Source: Haliotis cracherodii
Taxonomy: Eukaryota
Direction of reading: 5' to 3'
Length of the DNA: 64,000 bases
Assembly (NCBI RefSeq): GCF_022045235.1
Contig: NW_027266264.1
Span: forward strand, 2,976,001-3,040,000
The notes under the pieces were generated by a model, which was not told the origin of the DNA, made no database searches, and was given only the letters and a program-made list of their open reading frames with translations. Shown here piece after piece: positions 39,901 to 50,800 of the stretch. Within the stretch, counting starts at the first letter, position 1; the number at the start of each line of letters is the position of its first letter. A program made the translations under genes and the position numbers.

Positions 39901-42112
39901 CGCGTCATAAAGATCACCAGACAACAGCCTTCATTATTGATGGATCAGCATTAATGTGGGCCGTTCGCAGGCCAGCATGGGGAAGAGTCTTAGATTTGTT
40001 GCTAGGTATCAAAGCTAACATTACATCAAAATTGAAAGTTGGAGATGTGTACTTGGAATTTGACCGTTACAAGGAGTACAGGATGTCACAAGGCAGGGAC
40101 GAACAACAAATGCCAGCAGTGGAGTTCATCACGTGAAGGTATCAACAATATTACCTCCCCAGAAGGTTGTCCTCACAGTCAAAGAACACAAACTAGTCAT
40201 TACCTTAGAGAATAATGTCCCACGTTAAGTGTGTAATGGTATCATATCCAGCAGACATGACATTGCCACAACGCAATGAGAAGCTGACAACCTAATTGTC
40301 CAACAGGCAATTTAAAGTAGCAGCAGATGGACTCCTTCCAGTGACTGTTCTGTCAGATGATACTGACGTATTCCTCCTGCTGTTACATTTCTACTACTTG
40401 CAGAATATCAAGGTACAGGTATTCATGGATATTGGAGCTTCTGTTTCCAAAAATGAACCTATAGTTCTAGGCCTACTTGCAGCACATTAATTGAGAGGTT
40501 GTGATACAACAGCATCATGTTTTGAGATTGGTAAAGGAATGTCTTAAAGGTTCGAGGGTTCGATTCCCAACATGGGTACAATGCGTGAAACCCATTTCTG
40601 GTGTCCCTTGCCGTGATATTGCTGGAATATTGCTAAAAGCGGCGTAAAATAATACTCACTCACTCACTGAAAAGATGGTCACTCTCTCTCACGGCTTGGA
40701 GATCCTACAGCAGATTTACTCGTAATCCCTTTACAAGCAGCTCAATTCATGGCGAACCAAACTGCACATCTGTCACAGAAGTTCGCTTACAAGTTTGCGC
40801 TACCAAAACTGGAAGAGGCTGTTCTCAAATTCCCAAGCTCTCAGCTTTAACGCCAACAGATGAAGCCTTCTTGGAAAACGTGAAGCGGGCACATCAAACA
40901 AGTGTGCGATGGTTCCAACCAAGTTTGATTTCCATAAAGAAATTACATCAAAACACCTACTATCAGTTACTGTACCTGAAAGTGTTACCCTAGCAAAACA
41001 ATATATGTTGAAACTTGTCAAGCGCACATGTGGCAGTGATAATACACCGTCAAAAGACAAATCGATGGGGTTACAGTCGCGCCCAGTTACCTTGTACAGT
41101 ATTCTGTGCCTGTGTATGCTTCAACCCACTCACTAACCGTGTTATTGATGATGAGGAAGAAACCTAAACTGGCTGTATGTATGTGAAGAAATCCTTGAAC
41201 CAATATTCACCTTTGAAAGCTCAGAATAATCAGTAATCCTAAAAGAATCACGTATTTGTTGATTTTTATAATATTTCGGCAGCCATTTTGCCAGTTATCT
41301 TGCTTATTTAGGACCAAATTATTATAGATGACAGTGTGTCATCAGTTAGTTGCATAATCTAGAATACACCATTAAACAAATCCAGCAATAAAAAAAATAT
41401 ATCCCCTTATTCTGGGTTGGGGTAAAATATTCATTTCTCTGCAGGACTATTGTCGATATCATTGAGGTAGTCGAGCTGTAAAAGCGTCCGTACGTCACGC
41501 CGAAGACCTTGGTTCGATTCCTCACATTGATACCATGTGTGAAGCCCATTTCTGGTGTTACCCATCGTGATATTGCTTGAATAGTGTTGAAAGAGACGTA
41601 CAGCTATACCCACTGTCGATATTTGTAGTATTTTTCATGTGAATAGGTCTCGATTGAAACGAAATGACATAAAACGTCCATTGGACTTCGTAAACAAATA
41701 TTTAATCAACACTCACACAATCAAAATTGCGTTTGTTTGTTGCCAAAGGCCGCAAACTATCTCCATATACCACTTCCTTTGTATTCCGTGTTTTTCAAGG
41801 TCACACTCCTGTCCCCGTGGTTGCTGGCGTATGTGGAGCGGCAGTTGCTGTAGGCGTGTTGGCAGTCGTCCTCATCTGCAGAAGAAGGTATACAAGTATA
41901 CAATTACATGGTACAGTTACAAAAACAAAACAAAAATCTTCGTCAAAATTAACTACGACATATTTCCATATATGTCTGTGTTTTTCCGCTCCAGCCGCCA
42001 GACTGCCTCTCCGCTGCCCCCGAAACAAGGAGATCGCTCGGTCATGTACAGGATTATGGAGGACATCCAAGACGCGAATACTTCCGGCGAAGGCCAACTA
42101 ATACAAGTTTGA
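28459..42112 (+). CDS. Receptor B: signal peptide + YWTD propeller + 4 MEGF10-type EGF + TM + cytoplasmic tail (~539 aa)
   Basis: Exons 28459-28522 ([22 protein letters not shown]), 29719-29946, 30266-30428, 31239-31375, 33354-33516, 34065-34171, EGF 34710-34847, 35272-35409, 36293-36430, 37303-37440, TM 41800-41887, tail 41995-42112. They sum to 1620 nt, in frame, with no internal stop. Confidence 0.85.
28888..29157 (-). mobile_element. ~260-bp SINE-like retroposon (TGTCGTAA.AGGCGACT hairpin, (AAAC/AACC)n tail)
   Basis: High-copy family; other copies at 1535-1771, 3983-4181, 24664-24925, 33765-33880, 36902-37181, 57128-57305, 57501-57732, 58121-58381. Confidence 0.85.
31376..32520 (+). repeat. 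30-bp minisatellite starting at a splice donor, degenerating 3'
   Basis: AGTTTCACAGTACTAGACGACAAGGGTAAT alternating with a ...TTGGACGATAAGAGTTAT variant. Confidence 0.92.
34205..34284 (+). pseudogene. Degenerate EGF pseudoexon 3' half
   Basis: [19 protein letters not shown] followed by the same downstream intron as the intact EGF exons. Confidence 0.6.
34285..35595 (+). repeat. 562-bp tandem duplication carrying an EGF exon
   Basis: Exons 34710 and 35272 are 562 bp apart with near-identical introns; a third copy lies at 36077-36450. Confidence 0.9.
35859..36028 (+). mobile_element. Short tRNA-derived SINE, (ACTC)n tail
   Basis: A/B boxes; TSD TATTGTTGA; other copies at 40550-40668, 41461-41612, 45760-45910(-), 49537-49647(-), 50691-50855(-), 62235-62400. 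Confidence 0.85.
36902..37181 (+). mobile_element. ~260-bp SINE-like retroposon
   Basis: Same family motifs; (AAAC)n tail. Confidence 0.82.
37890..41449 (+). mobile_element. Academ (AcademX-like) DNA transposon relic with XPG/PIN-like nuclease fragments
   Basis: Termini TAGTCCGGCAGAGA and (reverse complement) TAGTCCTGCAGAGA, with subterminal inverted ACTGATGAC..GTCATCT. Broken ORFs: [62 protein letters not shown]. No TSD seen. Confidence 0.7.
41461..41612 (+). mobile_element. Short tRNA-derived SINE, diverged
   Basis: CGTCACGCCGAAGACC..GGTTCGATTCC..TGTGTGAAGCCCATTTCTGGTG. Confidence 0.75.
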
Positions 42113-44480
42113 TACAAGCAGTAGTGAGGTTGTGGCTGTTGTGCTATCAGATGGTGTCCATACGCGTGTCTATTCTACATACACGTGTAGCAGCAGCACA
42201 GATGATACATCATCTCAAACATACATCGAAGCTGATTTTGGTACTTGCAGAACCGTAAATGTATTCTACTGCCACAAATCACATTGAAGTCTACAATAAC
42301 GGGTATCGATGACAAGAGTACAGCCCTCTTCACGAACACCCGGTGTCATCACTGATTTTCAGTGGTCCATTCATATAATTTCCACAGCTATTTGCCCATT
42401 ACGCCAAGTGGAATCTGTTTCGGCAGAAAATCTAGGATGGTTATTCTCTTGCACCGATTTTTTATATATAATTAAGTAAAGCGTGATTTAATAGCATTGT
42501 TGAATTATGGGCATGTGAATCGATGGTCCGTACATTTGTTCAACTTGTCACTACAACCCGCATATTTGTGATACAGCAGGATAGTTTTGTAGCCCTAAAC
42601 GACAGAATTTACAATAAAAGGGAGACAACTTACTTTTAGCTTTGTTAAAACTAATGAGACAATCAGTGCAACGCTGCCGAAATCGCAACCAGCTGAACTG
42701 TATCTCGGCCTCTATTTCGCACGTGTACATATCAATATGATCTGATTATTCCTACTCCATACTGCACTCCTTTGTCAGGATCCAACCTTTATCTCAGAAA
42801 TAACGTTGACTCGTTGAGCCTATTTGATGCATCTATGATGCAACTGCATAAAGACAGCCCTGTCCGAATATCTTACTTCTTAAATGGTTTATTTTGTGAT
42901 ATTTACTGCACTATTTCGTCGTTTATAAACGTATTATTTGCTGCATAGCTATATAGCGGTTGCCACACCCTCAGACTCGCTCATGTGACAACGGGTAATT
43001 TTCTCTACTTCACTGGTAATGCCAACATTTTCTCTATTATTACTAACTAGGTTAACAGATTTTTAAAAAAACCGTAGGCTCCATATTTGAAATAGGGTAT
43101 AAAGACATCACGTTGTTTGTTATTTCTGAAAAAGATTTCTGAAATAAAGAAAAAAAGGAAAAAGTGTTTATAATGACAGTTCAATGAGTGTTTGGCTTTG
43201 TTTTTAACCTACATTCTCTGTGCAGGCCAATCACAGTGCCAAGAACGACTACAACTGACAACGTAATATACAGGATGAGGTATAGTCTAGTCCAGGGTAA
43301 AAGCGGTTGTCAACTAGTCCTTGTACTCAGCTGATTCAAGAAAAGGATTCTCCTCCTGTTTGGAGTTGGTCCAATTTGTCTGCGATCTTCTTGAAGGATT
43401 CCACGATGTCTCCGTACCCTGGGGGTATTGATGCTTATGCTTCATCAGCAGAGGAGGTGGTTGTTGTTTCAGCTATTTTTGTAAAACTCGCGTGTGTTGG
43501 TCTGCTGTCGATATGGAGCGCTAAGACTATCGTAAGCCTATGTTAAAATATGGGGATTACGATCATCTTAGCGCTAGGATCGTTTGTGCAAACGGGCCCT
43601 GGAAAGTAATAGTTCTCTGAAAAATATTTAAGCATGAACATCCTATAGATATATTTGCTTTCCATGTAAAGCAACTGCAGAGACGAAGAGTGCAAGTTAA
43701 TTCAGATGAGATCGCTGTCAAAGAGTACGTCGAGAAAATGAAACGTTTGATTTGGCTGTCGTTGGAAGGCAACACCGACGTCATGGAGGGATTTCCAAAA
43801 TGGCTGCAGTTCCATCTTCAGCGCATGCTTGGATACATTGTCCGGACTGGGTGCGGCTTTTGAGACGGGGAGATGGAGTGGCGGGGAGATGTGGGTGGGG
43901 CGTGAGGCTGGAAACAAGATGGTAGGCGTACTAATTATGCAAACAGACAAACAAGGGTAGGTTCAAGCATTCTTTGTGGGCGACTGGAATGGCGGTATTT
44001 ACGAACTCATATGCACAGGTAGCCTTTGGTCTGACCCATGAGTAGTTGTCGTCTCCCGACCAACACCTAACCTAACTAATGTGTATAGCAGACATTTGGA
44101 TACTTGATTCATTCGTTGTGTTTCATCTTTACACGTACTCGCCATACAGTGTAATGTCTTGAGTCCCGATCTCTTCATATGGAATGTGAATGACATCCAA
44201 TCCACGCAGTTCACAACAACATTTGCATGTGTAACAATTTGCGAAACGTGTTTTGTTGCATAGAATGCGTTGCCACCTTGCTGAATCGTCATGATTGGAG
44301 TTATTTGCGTGGTGATGGGTTAAAATATAACTATTAAAAACTTTAAAGTAGAAACAATAAAGTGTAACAATATAGTAAAACTATAAAGTAACTATAATAA
44401 GAAGACCCATAAATTATAAACAATTAAGTATCAACAAATAATTAGATATAATAAAGTAAAGTAATCAAATATAATTGTTG

Positions 44481-44552
44481 TGTCCCGTCCGTGATTCGAA
44501 CCCAAACCGCCACACAGAGTCAGCGACCTAACCCACTCAGCCACTGAGGCTT
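44481..44552 (-). other. tRNA-like sequence (pseudogene or SINE head)
   Basis: A box TGGCTGAGTGG and B box GGTTCGAATC, but poor acceptor and anticodon stems. Confidence 0.35.
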
Positions 44553-44771
44553 CCACAAAAATTGAAGTTCGACAACTGGTAGTCTAGATCACAAACTTTG
44601 TGTTCCCCTCTGACAAGTGTAAATTGGCATGGCTTCCATTGCCGAAAGCTATGAACACATAATGCTATTTAGATTGGTCAAATGTGACAAATGTTATATT
44701 TGGGATAACACTTTCTTAGTAAAGAACAGATTATCGTACATTTTTGGTTTGAGTCCCGTCCGGGGAACCAA

Positions 44772-45652
44772 TATTGGTGTTCGTACATCTAGTTGGGTCT
44801 TCTTGAACAAAGATTGATGTTCGTACATCTAGTTGGGTCTTCTTGAACCAAGATTGGTGTTCGTACAACTAGTTGGGTCTTCTTGAATCAAGGTTGGTGT
44901 TCGTCCATCTAGTTGGGTCTTCTTGAACCAAGATTGGTGTTCGTACAACTAGTTGAATCATCTTCAGCCAAGATTGGTGTTCGTACAACTAGTTGGGTCT
45001 TCTTGAACCAAGATTGGTGTTCGCACAACTAGTTGAGTCATCTTCAGCCAAGATTGGTGTTCGTACAACTAGTTGGGTCTTCTTGAACCAAGATTGGTGT
45101 TCGTACAACTAGTTGAGTCATCTTCAGCCAAGATTGGTGTTCGTACATCTAGTTGGGTCTTCTTGAACCAAGATTGGTGTTCGTACAACTAGTTGAGTCA
45201 TCTTCAGCCAAGATTGGTGTTCGTACAACTAGTTGGGTCTTCTTGAACCAAGATTGGTGTTCGTACAACTAGTTGAGTCATCTTCAGCCAAGATTGGTGT
45301 TCGTACATCTAGTTGGGTCTTCTTGAACCAAGATTGGTGTTCGTACAACTAGTTGAGTCATCTTCAGCCAAGATTGGCGTTCGTACAACTAGTTGGGTCT
45401 TCTTGAACCAAGATTGGTGTTCGTACAACTAGTTGAGTCATCTTCAGCCAAGATTGGTGTTCGTACATCTAGTTGGGTCTTCTTGAACCAAGATTGGTGT
45501 TCGTACAACTAGTTGAGTCATCTTCAGCCAAGATTGGCGTTCGTACAACTAGTTGAGTCATCTTCAGCCAAGATTGGTGTTCGTACATCTAGTTGAGTCA
45601 TCTTCAGCCAAGATTGGTGTTCGTACAACTAGTTGGGTCTTCTTGAACCAAG
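44772..45652 (+). repeat. 40-bp minisatellite with two alternating variants
   Basis: AGATTGGTGTTCGTACAACTAGTTG followed by GGTCTTCTTGAACCA or AGTCATCTTCAGCCA. Confidence 0.95.
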
Positions 45653-45687
45653 ACATACCTCATTTGCAACAATCATATAGCCTAATC

Positions 45688-45726
<39 letters not shown>

Positions 45727-46187
45727 TGTGCGTTTGTGTGTGTTTGTATGTGTGTGTGGCTCCTTAGTGTGGTTTTACGCTTCTTTTAGCAATATTCCAG
45801 CAGTCACGGCGGGGGACCTTCATGAATTGCACCCATGTGGGGGAATCAAACACGGGTCTTTGCCGTGACGAGCGAACACTTTAAGCACAAGGCTTCCCCA
45901 TCCGCTACCTGCTTGCAAAAGTTCGGACGTGTACCGGTTTTATTGTGCCAGCCCACTGAAACAGCGTCACATGGATACTGACTCCGAGCCTTCAATACCG
46001 AGCTCCAGGGACCACCATTCTGTGACATATTTGGGTGGGGTGCGACTTGGGATCGAACCCGGACCTTCTGCTTCTCGGCCCCACGGAGCTGGTAGTGGAA
46101 ATAATAACCATATCCATCCGATGAAAATTTCAGGAACCCATAACACTCTTATGTGACAGTTTGCGTCTCCAGTCCATATTATAAATA

Positions 46188-46452
46188 AGGGGGCACGGGT
46201 GGCCCAGTCGTCCAAGGCTGTGCAGAGTTGCGTCCCTTGGGCACGTCAGAAACCTATGATTGTGGGTTCGAATCCCGGTTCACCCCGATTATGTTTCTAG
46301 GTTTGTCAGCACCATACCCGTGCTCGTGGGTTTCACCGAAGTGGTAAACGTCCGAGACCTGCATCACTTCGGCTTTTCCTCCCACATTAAGCTGACACGC
46401 CGTGATATAACTGGAACACTGTTAAAAGCGGTGTTAAACCCAACTCACTCAC
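46188..46452 (+). mobile_element. tRNA-derived SINE with extended head
   Basis: GGGGGCACGGGTGGCCCAGTCG..GGGTTCGAATCCC; near-identical copy at 54661-54935(-). Confidence 0.85.
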
Positions 46453-46869
46453 AATTATATAAATAGCGAGGGCAATATCAGTGTTTTATTTCACTAAAAT
46501 GAAAGGTCTATGATATTGGTAAATTGTACCTGAGAACAAATACCAATAATTCCCTTTATTCAAATGCCAATTTTGGTTGTGAAACATACCATAAAATACC
46601 CTAAGATAAAATGAACTTTTTATCCATAACTGATAGTGAATTGATAATGGCATGACATTATACATTTAACATTTACCTGTAATTGTAGTCAATGATCTAT
46701 GCACTTTCACTGTGACATCACGCGTTAGTGACAGTCTAATGCGACATGTGTTAACCTTGAAACCAAACACAAACTGTACTGTCAACAATACGACCACGAC
46801 AAACACAACGTGCAACTGACCATAAGGCCACGTAAAGCACAATAAACTGTGATATTGACCATAAAATCT

Positions 46870-47030
46870 TTGATAGGTGTTTAGATATGTGTAAACATAT
46901 CATCACGTATATATACATGTACTCTTACACTTACTCAGTATTCACCTGATGAAGGGGCAAGAAGTAGCCATGAAATGTCGTTATAAAGAATAAAAGAAGT
47001 TGTTATCCGTAAAAAGGTGTCATGTCTTAT
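46870..47030 (+). mobile_element. Penelope-like terminal fragment with degenerate hammerhead core
   Basis: CTGATGA-A-GGGGC...GCCAT-GAAATGTCG...AATAAAAGAAGTTGTTATCC; interrupts the 39-bp repeat. Confidence 0.5.
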
Positions 47031-47855
47031 TGATCGCGAGGCCATGAAAACACAATAAACTATTCTATTGACGATAAGGCCATGAAAAACACAATAAACT
47101 GCTCTTTTGACCATAAGGCCATGAAAAATACAATGAACTGTACTATTGACCGTAAGGCCATGAAAAACACAATAAACTGTACTATTGACCATAAGGCCAT
47201 GAAAAACACAATAAACTGTACTATTGACCGTAAGGCCATGAAAAACACAATGAACTATACTATTGACCATAAGGTCATGAAAAACACAATCAACTGTACT
47301 ATTGACCATAAGGCCATGAAAAACACAATGAACTGTACTATTGACCATAAGGCCATGAAAATCACAATAAATAGTACTATTGACCATAAGGCCATGAAAA
47401 ACACAACAAACTGTGTTATTAACCATAAGGCCATGGAAATCACAATAAATAGTACTATTGACCATAAGGCCATGAAAAACACAACAAACTGTGTTATTGA
47501 CCGTACGGCCATGAAAATCACAACAAACGGTACTATTGACCATAAGGCCATGAAAATCACAATAAATAGTACTATTGACCATAAGGCCATGAAAAACACA
47601 ATGAACTGTACTATTGACCATAAGGCCATGAAAATCACAATAAATAGTACTATTGACCATAAGGCCATGAAAAACACAACAAACTGTGTTATTGACCATA
47701 AGGCAATGAAAATCACAATAAATAGTACTATTGACCATAAGGCCATGAGAAACACAACAAACTGTGTTATTGACCGTACGGCCATGAAAATCACCAAAAC
47801 GGTACTATTGACCATAAGGCCATGAAAAACACAACAAACTGTGTTATTGGCCATG
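47030..47855 (+). repeat. 39-bp minisatellite just 3' of the nAChR stop codon
   Basis: TGAAAAACACAATAAACTGTACTATTGACCATAAGGCCA units. Confidence 0.95.
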
Positions 47856-47888
47856 GAGCTATAAACTGTCCGTCCGACTCCAATGGAA

Positions 47889-50800
47889 TCATGTTGAGAG
47901 TTGAATCAGGAAGATGAGGAAGGTGATGACAGACAGGGCCGCATACAGGATGAGGAACAGTCGGTCCAGGGTGAATGCGATGGTAAGCCAGTCCTGGTAT
48001 TCCATCGAATCATGTGCTTCCTTCTCATCATTGAGATGTTTGAGCAGATGATTCAGACTCTTTGAGATATTTTCAAATGAAGTCAAGACGGCCCCGAACT
48101 CTGTAGATGATGTTGTTGAAGATGCTGCTTCAGAGGTGTGGGGCAGGGATGACTCTCTGACACTTGCAGCTTGGTTATCTTTATCTAGGATACCCTGGTA
48201 AAACAAAAGTATATCAGCCACATTCTGTCAACGGTTAAATATTCTAAATCATTTAACGATATGTACTCTGAAAAAATAATTTATAGTATTTGGTCAATAA
48301 TATAGCAGGAACACAAATATCAGTCTGCAACCCTCATCGTTCAAGGGGAAAAATAGATCTCGTCTATACCCCTACTGATAGAGAATGTATGTATTACGAA
48401 GTGCTATATACTTACTGTAAAACTACAAGAAGTAGCCCTGTTCTAAGATACACAACTCCACAGATACATTCCACGATCATGTTACCATATGAGTGAAGCG
48501 ATAAAACCCTTTCCATATTCATAAGAAATCTCCGTTGAAAGCAGAGTCAACTATTCCGATTATATTACGAACAAGTGTTTATGAATCACAATCAAATAGT
48601 GATGATACCAGGTGTTCGCCAAAACGTGAGGCGAACCTGCCCCACCAATGATTTACATCAGGCATTATTTTGATCACTGATGCGTCAAATTTGGAAATGT
48701 ATCCACATGTGTACCACAGAACGTTTTGAAAGTTTTACTGAATGTTGTAATGTTTAAGAGATACTTAAATCAGGCACTTTGAAAGGTAATCAAACATGGC
48801 TATGGACACAGATTCCATGATTCATATCATGAGGTACATACATTTGCATGTTCTCTGAGAATGTGTGGCCGTTTCACCCGTAGTAGGCGGCCAAGCTTGT
48901 TGATGAGAAGTGACCGTGCTAGAGACGGAACCTTCCAGCCCTGCTCGCCCTTCATATGAACCCTGAGAACCACCACAGCCAGCACGCATGATGCACTCGC
49001 CAGCAGCATGATGAGCACGAGATAAATGCCTGAAAAATTGAAATATAAAACTTCAAAGCGCTCACTGAAAAGGTTAATATGTGAGTAAAGTGTCTTTTTT
49101 CATCCCTTGCCCTGTGAGTGAGTGAGTGTTTTTTGCAGCAGTTATCAATATACCAGCAATGTCATCTCTTCGCTCATCTCAAGGCATAAGGTTTTCAAGA
49201 AGGGTTTTAAACGTATTTGCCTAGCTTTTCTAATCATCTCAATCTTGTTTGAGAGTCTGAGCGAGTCAACACTTTTATTAAACATGTTGAAGTAAAAATA
49301 CAGAACAAGCAGTTACGAAATTTTACACACACATGTTGATAAATCGACATGTATGTATCGTCTCAAAGACGAAAGATAATTTCACGAAATATCGCAAATG
49401 AGATCGTTGTTCGAATCCCGTCGGTGACGCATCTCCTACTTTAAGTCTAGTAACATCCACTAAGGTTAAACCGAAGTTAAAGAGGTCGTTTACCGATGCC
49501 TTTTCATGCTGATGTGCCTAATAAGGTCAAAACAGTGAGTGAGTTTTGTTTTATGCCGCTTTTAGCAATATTAGCAATATTCCAGCAATATCACGGTCTT
49601 CGGCGTGACGAGCGAACGCTTTAACCACTAGGCTACCCGACCGCCCCAGGTCAAAACAGTACCCAATAGCGGTATCATGTGTTAATACAATAAACCACGC
49701 TTATAACGAACACGCTTATAACGAACTGATCGATATAACGAACTTTTTTTTTAGTCCTGATCATTTGTTGCATATATGTTTATAACGAAATACGGTTATT
49801 ACGAACTCAAATTAGTGGTCGTTTGAGTTCGTTATAACCGTAGTTTACTGTACTTTAATTTATGTACGACACAATTTAGCAGCAGAGTAAAGAAGAGTCA
49901 TTCCACATTAAAATCCAATAGACTTACACATGAGTGGCAATGGTTTGGAGTTTGGTGGCAGCGTGTCGAGTGTGAGGAACTGGAACACTGTGAGAGACAG
50001 CAGCAGGGTGACCTGCAGTCCGACCTTCTCTCCTGAAGCTGGTGGGAGGAAGAACCCAAGGATCGACATACTACAGATCAGGAAACAGGGGAAGAAGAAC
50101 GTGACCATGAAAAAGGCTGGTCGTCTTTGAATGGACACAGTGTATGTGACGGTACTGTAGTTTAAACCATTTAATGAATAAGGCCTCTTCATTGCGCCAA
50201 TCCCAGTCAGGTCCCATTCAGCATTCTCTTGGTAAGAGGTTGTGTCACCATCCATGTCGCTGTTCAGAACAACCACGGAGTCATCATATACCCACAAGCC
50301 AAACTGCAGGGGGCAGTCCTGCTTGTCAAAGGGGAAGTAGGTGGCGTCGACCTGGCAGATGCTGCTGAGGACGGTGGGGAACTTCTGTGACACCATACCA
50401 TCACTGGTCACGGCTAGCTTATGGAACTTCCTCTCCGACATGGCTATGTTGTTTCCAAAGGAAGTGCTGGAGTAATGAGAAAACACATCTACAGAACATG
50501 GTGATGACATGACGAGTCAGACAGAAAGTTTATTCAGTATTATGGGCCACATGGTCTAAAGTACTCGTACAATTAATACTAAAACAAAATACTCTCACGT
50601 GAATATACAGAAATTACATCTTTTTAAATCCGCTATTAAAAACATGTTTTTTACCCCTTTGTATCATCACAATTTGTTTTTGATCCATGAGTGAGTGAGT
50701 GAGTTTGGTTTTACGCCGCTTTTAGCAATATTCCAGCAATATCACGGCGGGGGACCCCAGAAATGGGCTTCACACATTGTACCCATGTCGGGATTCGAAC

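Noticed and set aside
4791-42112. Assigning LRP4/5/6, MEGF10 or SCARF1 gene symbols
   Set aside because: The domain combination and tails match none of them; orthology cannot be supported.
44772-45652. CRISPR-like repeat/spacer pattern
   Set aside because: The variable parts are only two recurring 15-mers rather than unique spacers; no cas genes; eukaryotic context.
46935-47854. Cys/His repeat ORFs of 199-267 aa
   Set aside because: A 39-bp stop-free tandem repeat open on both strands with no non-repetitive coding context.
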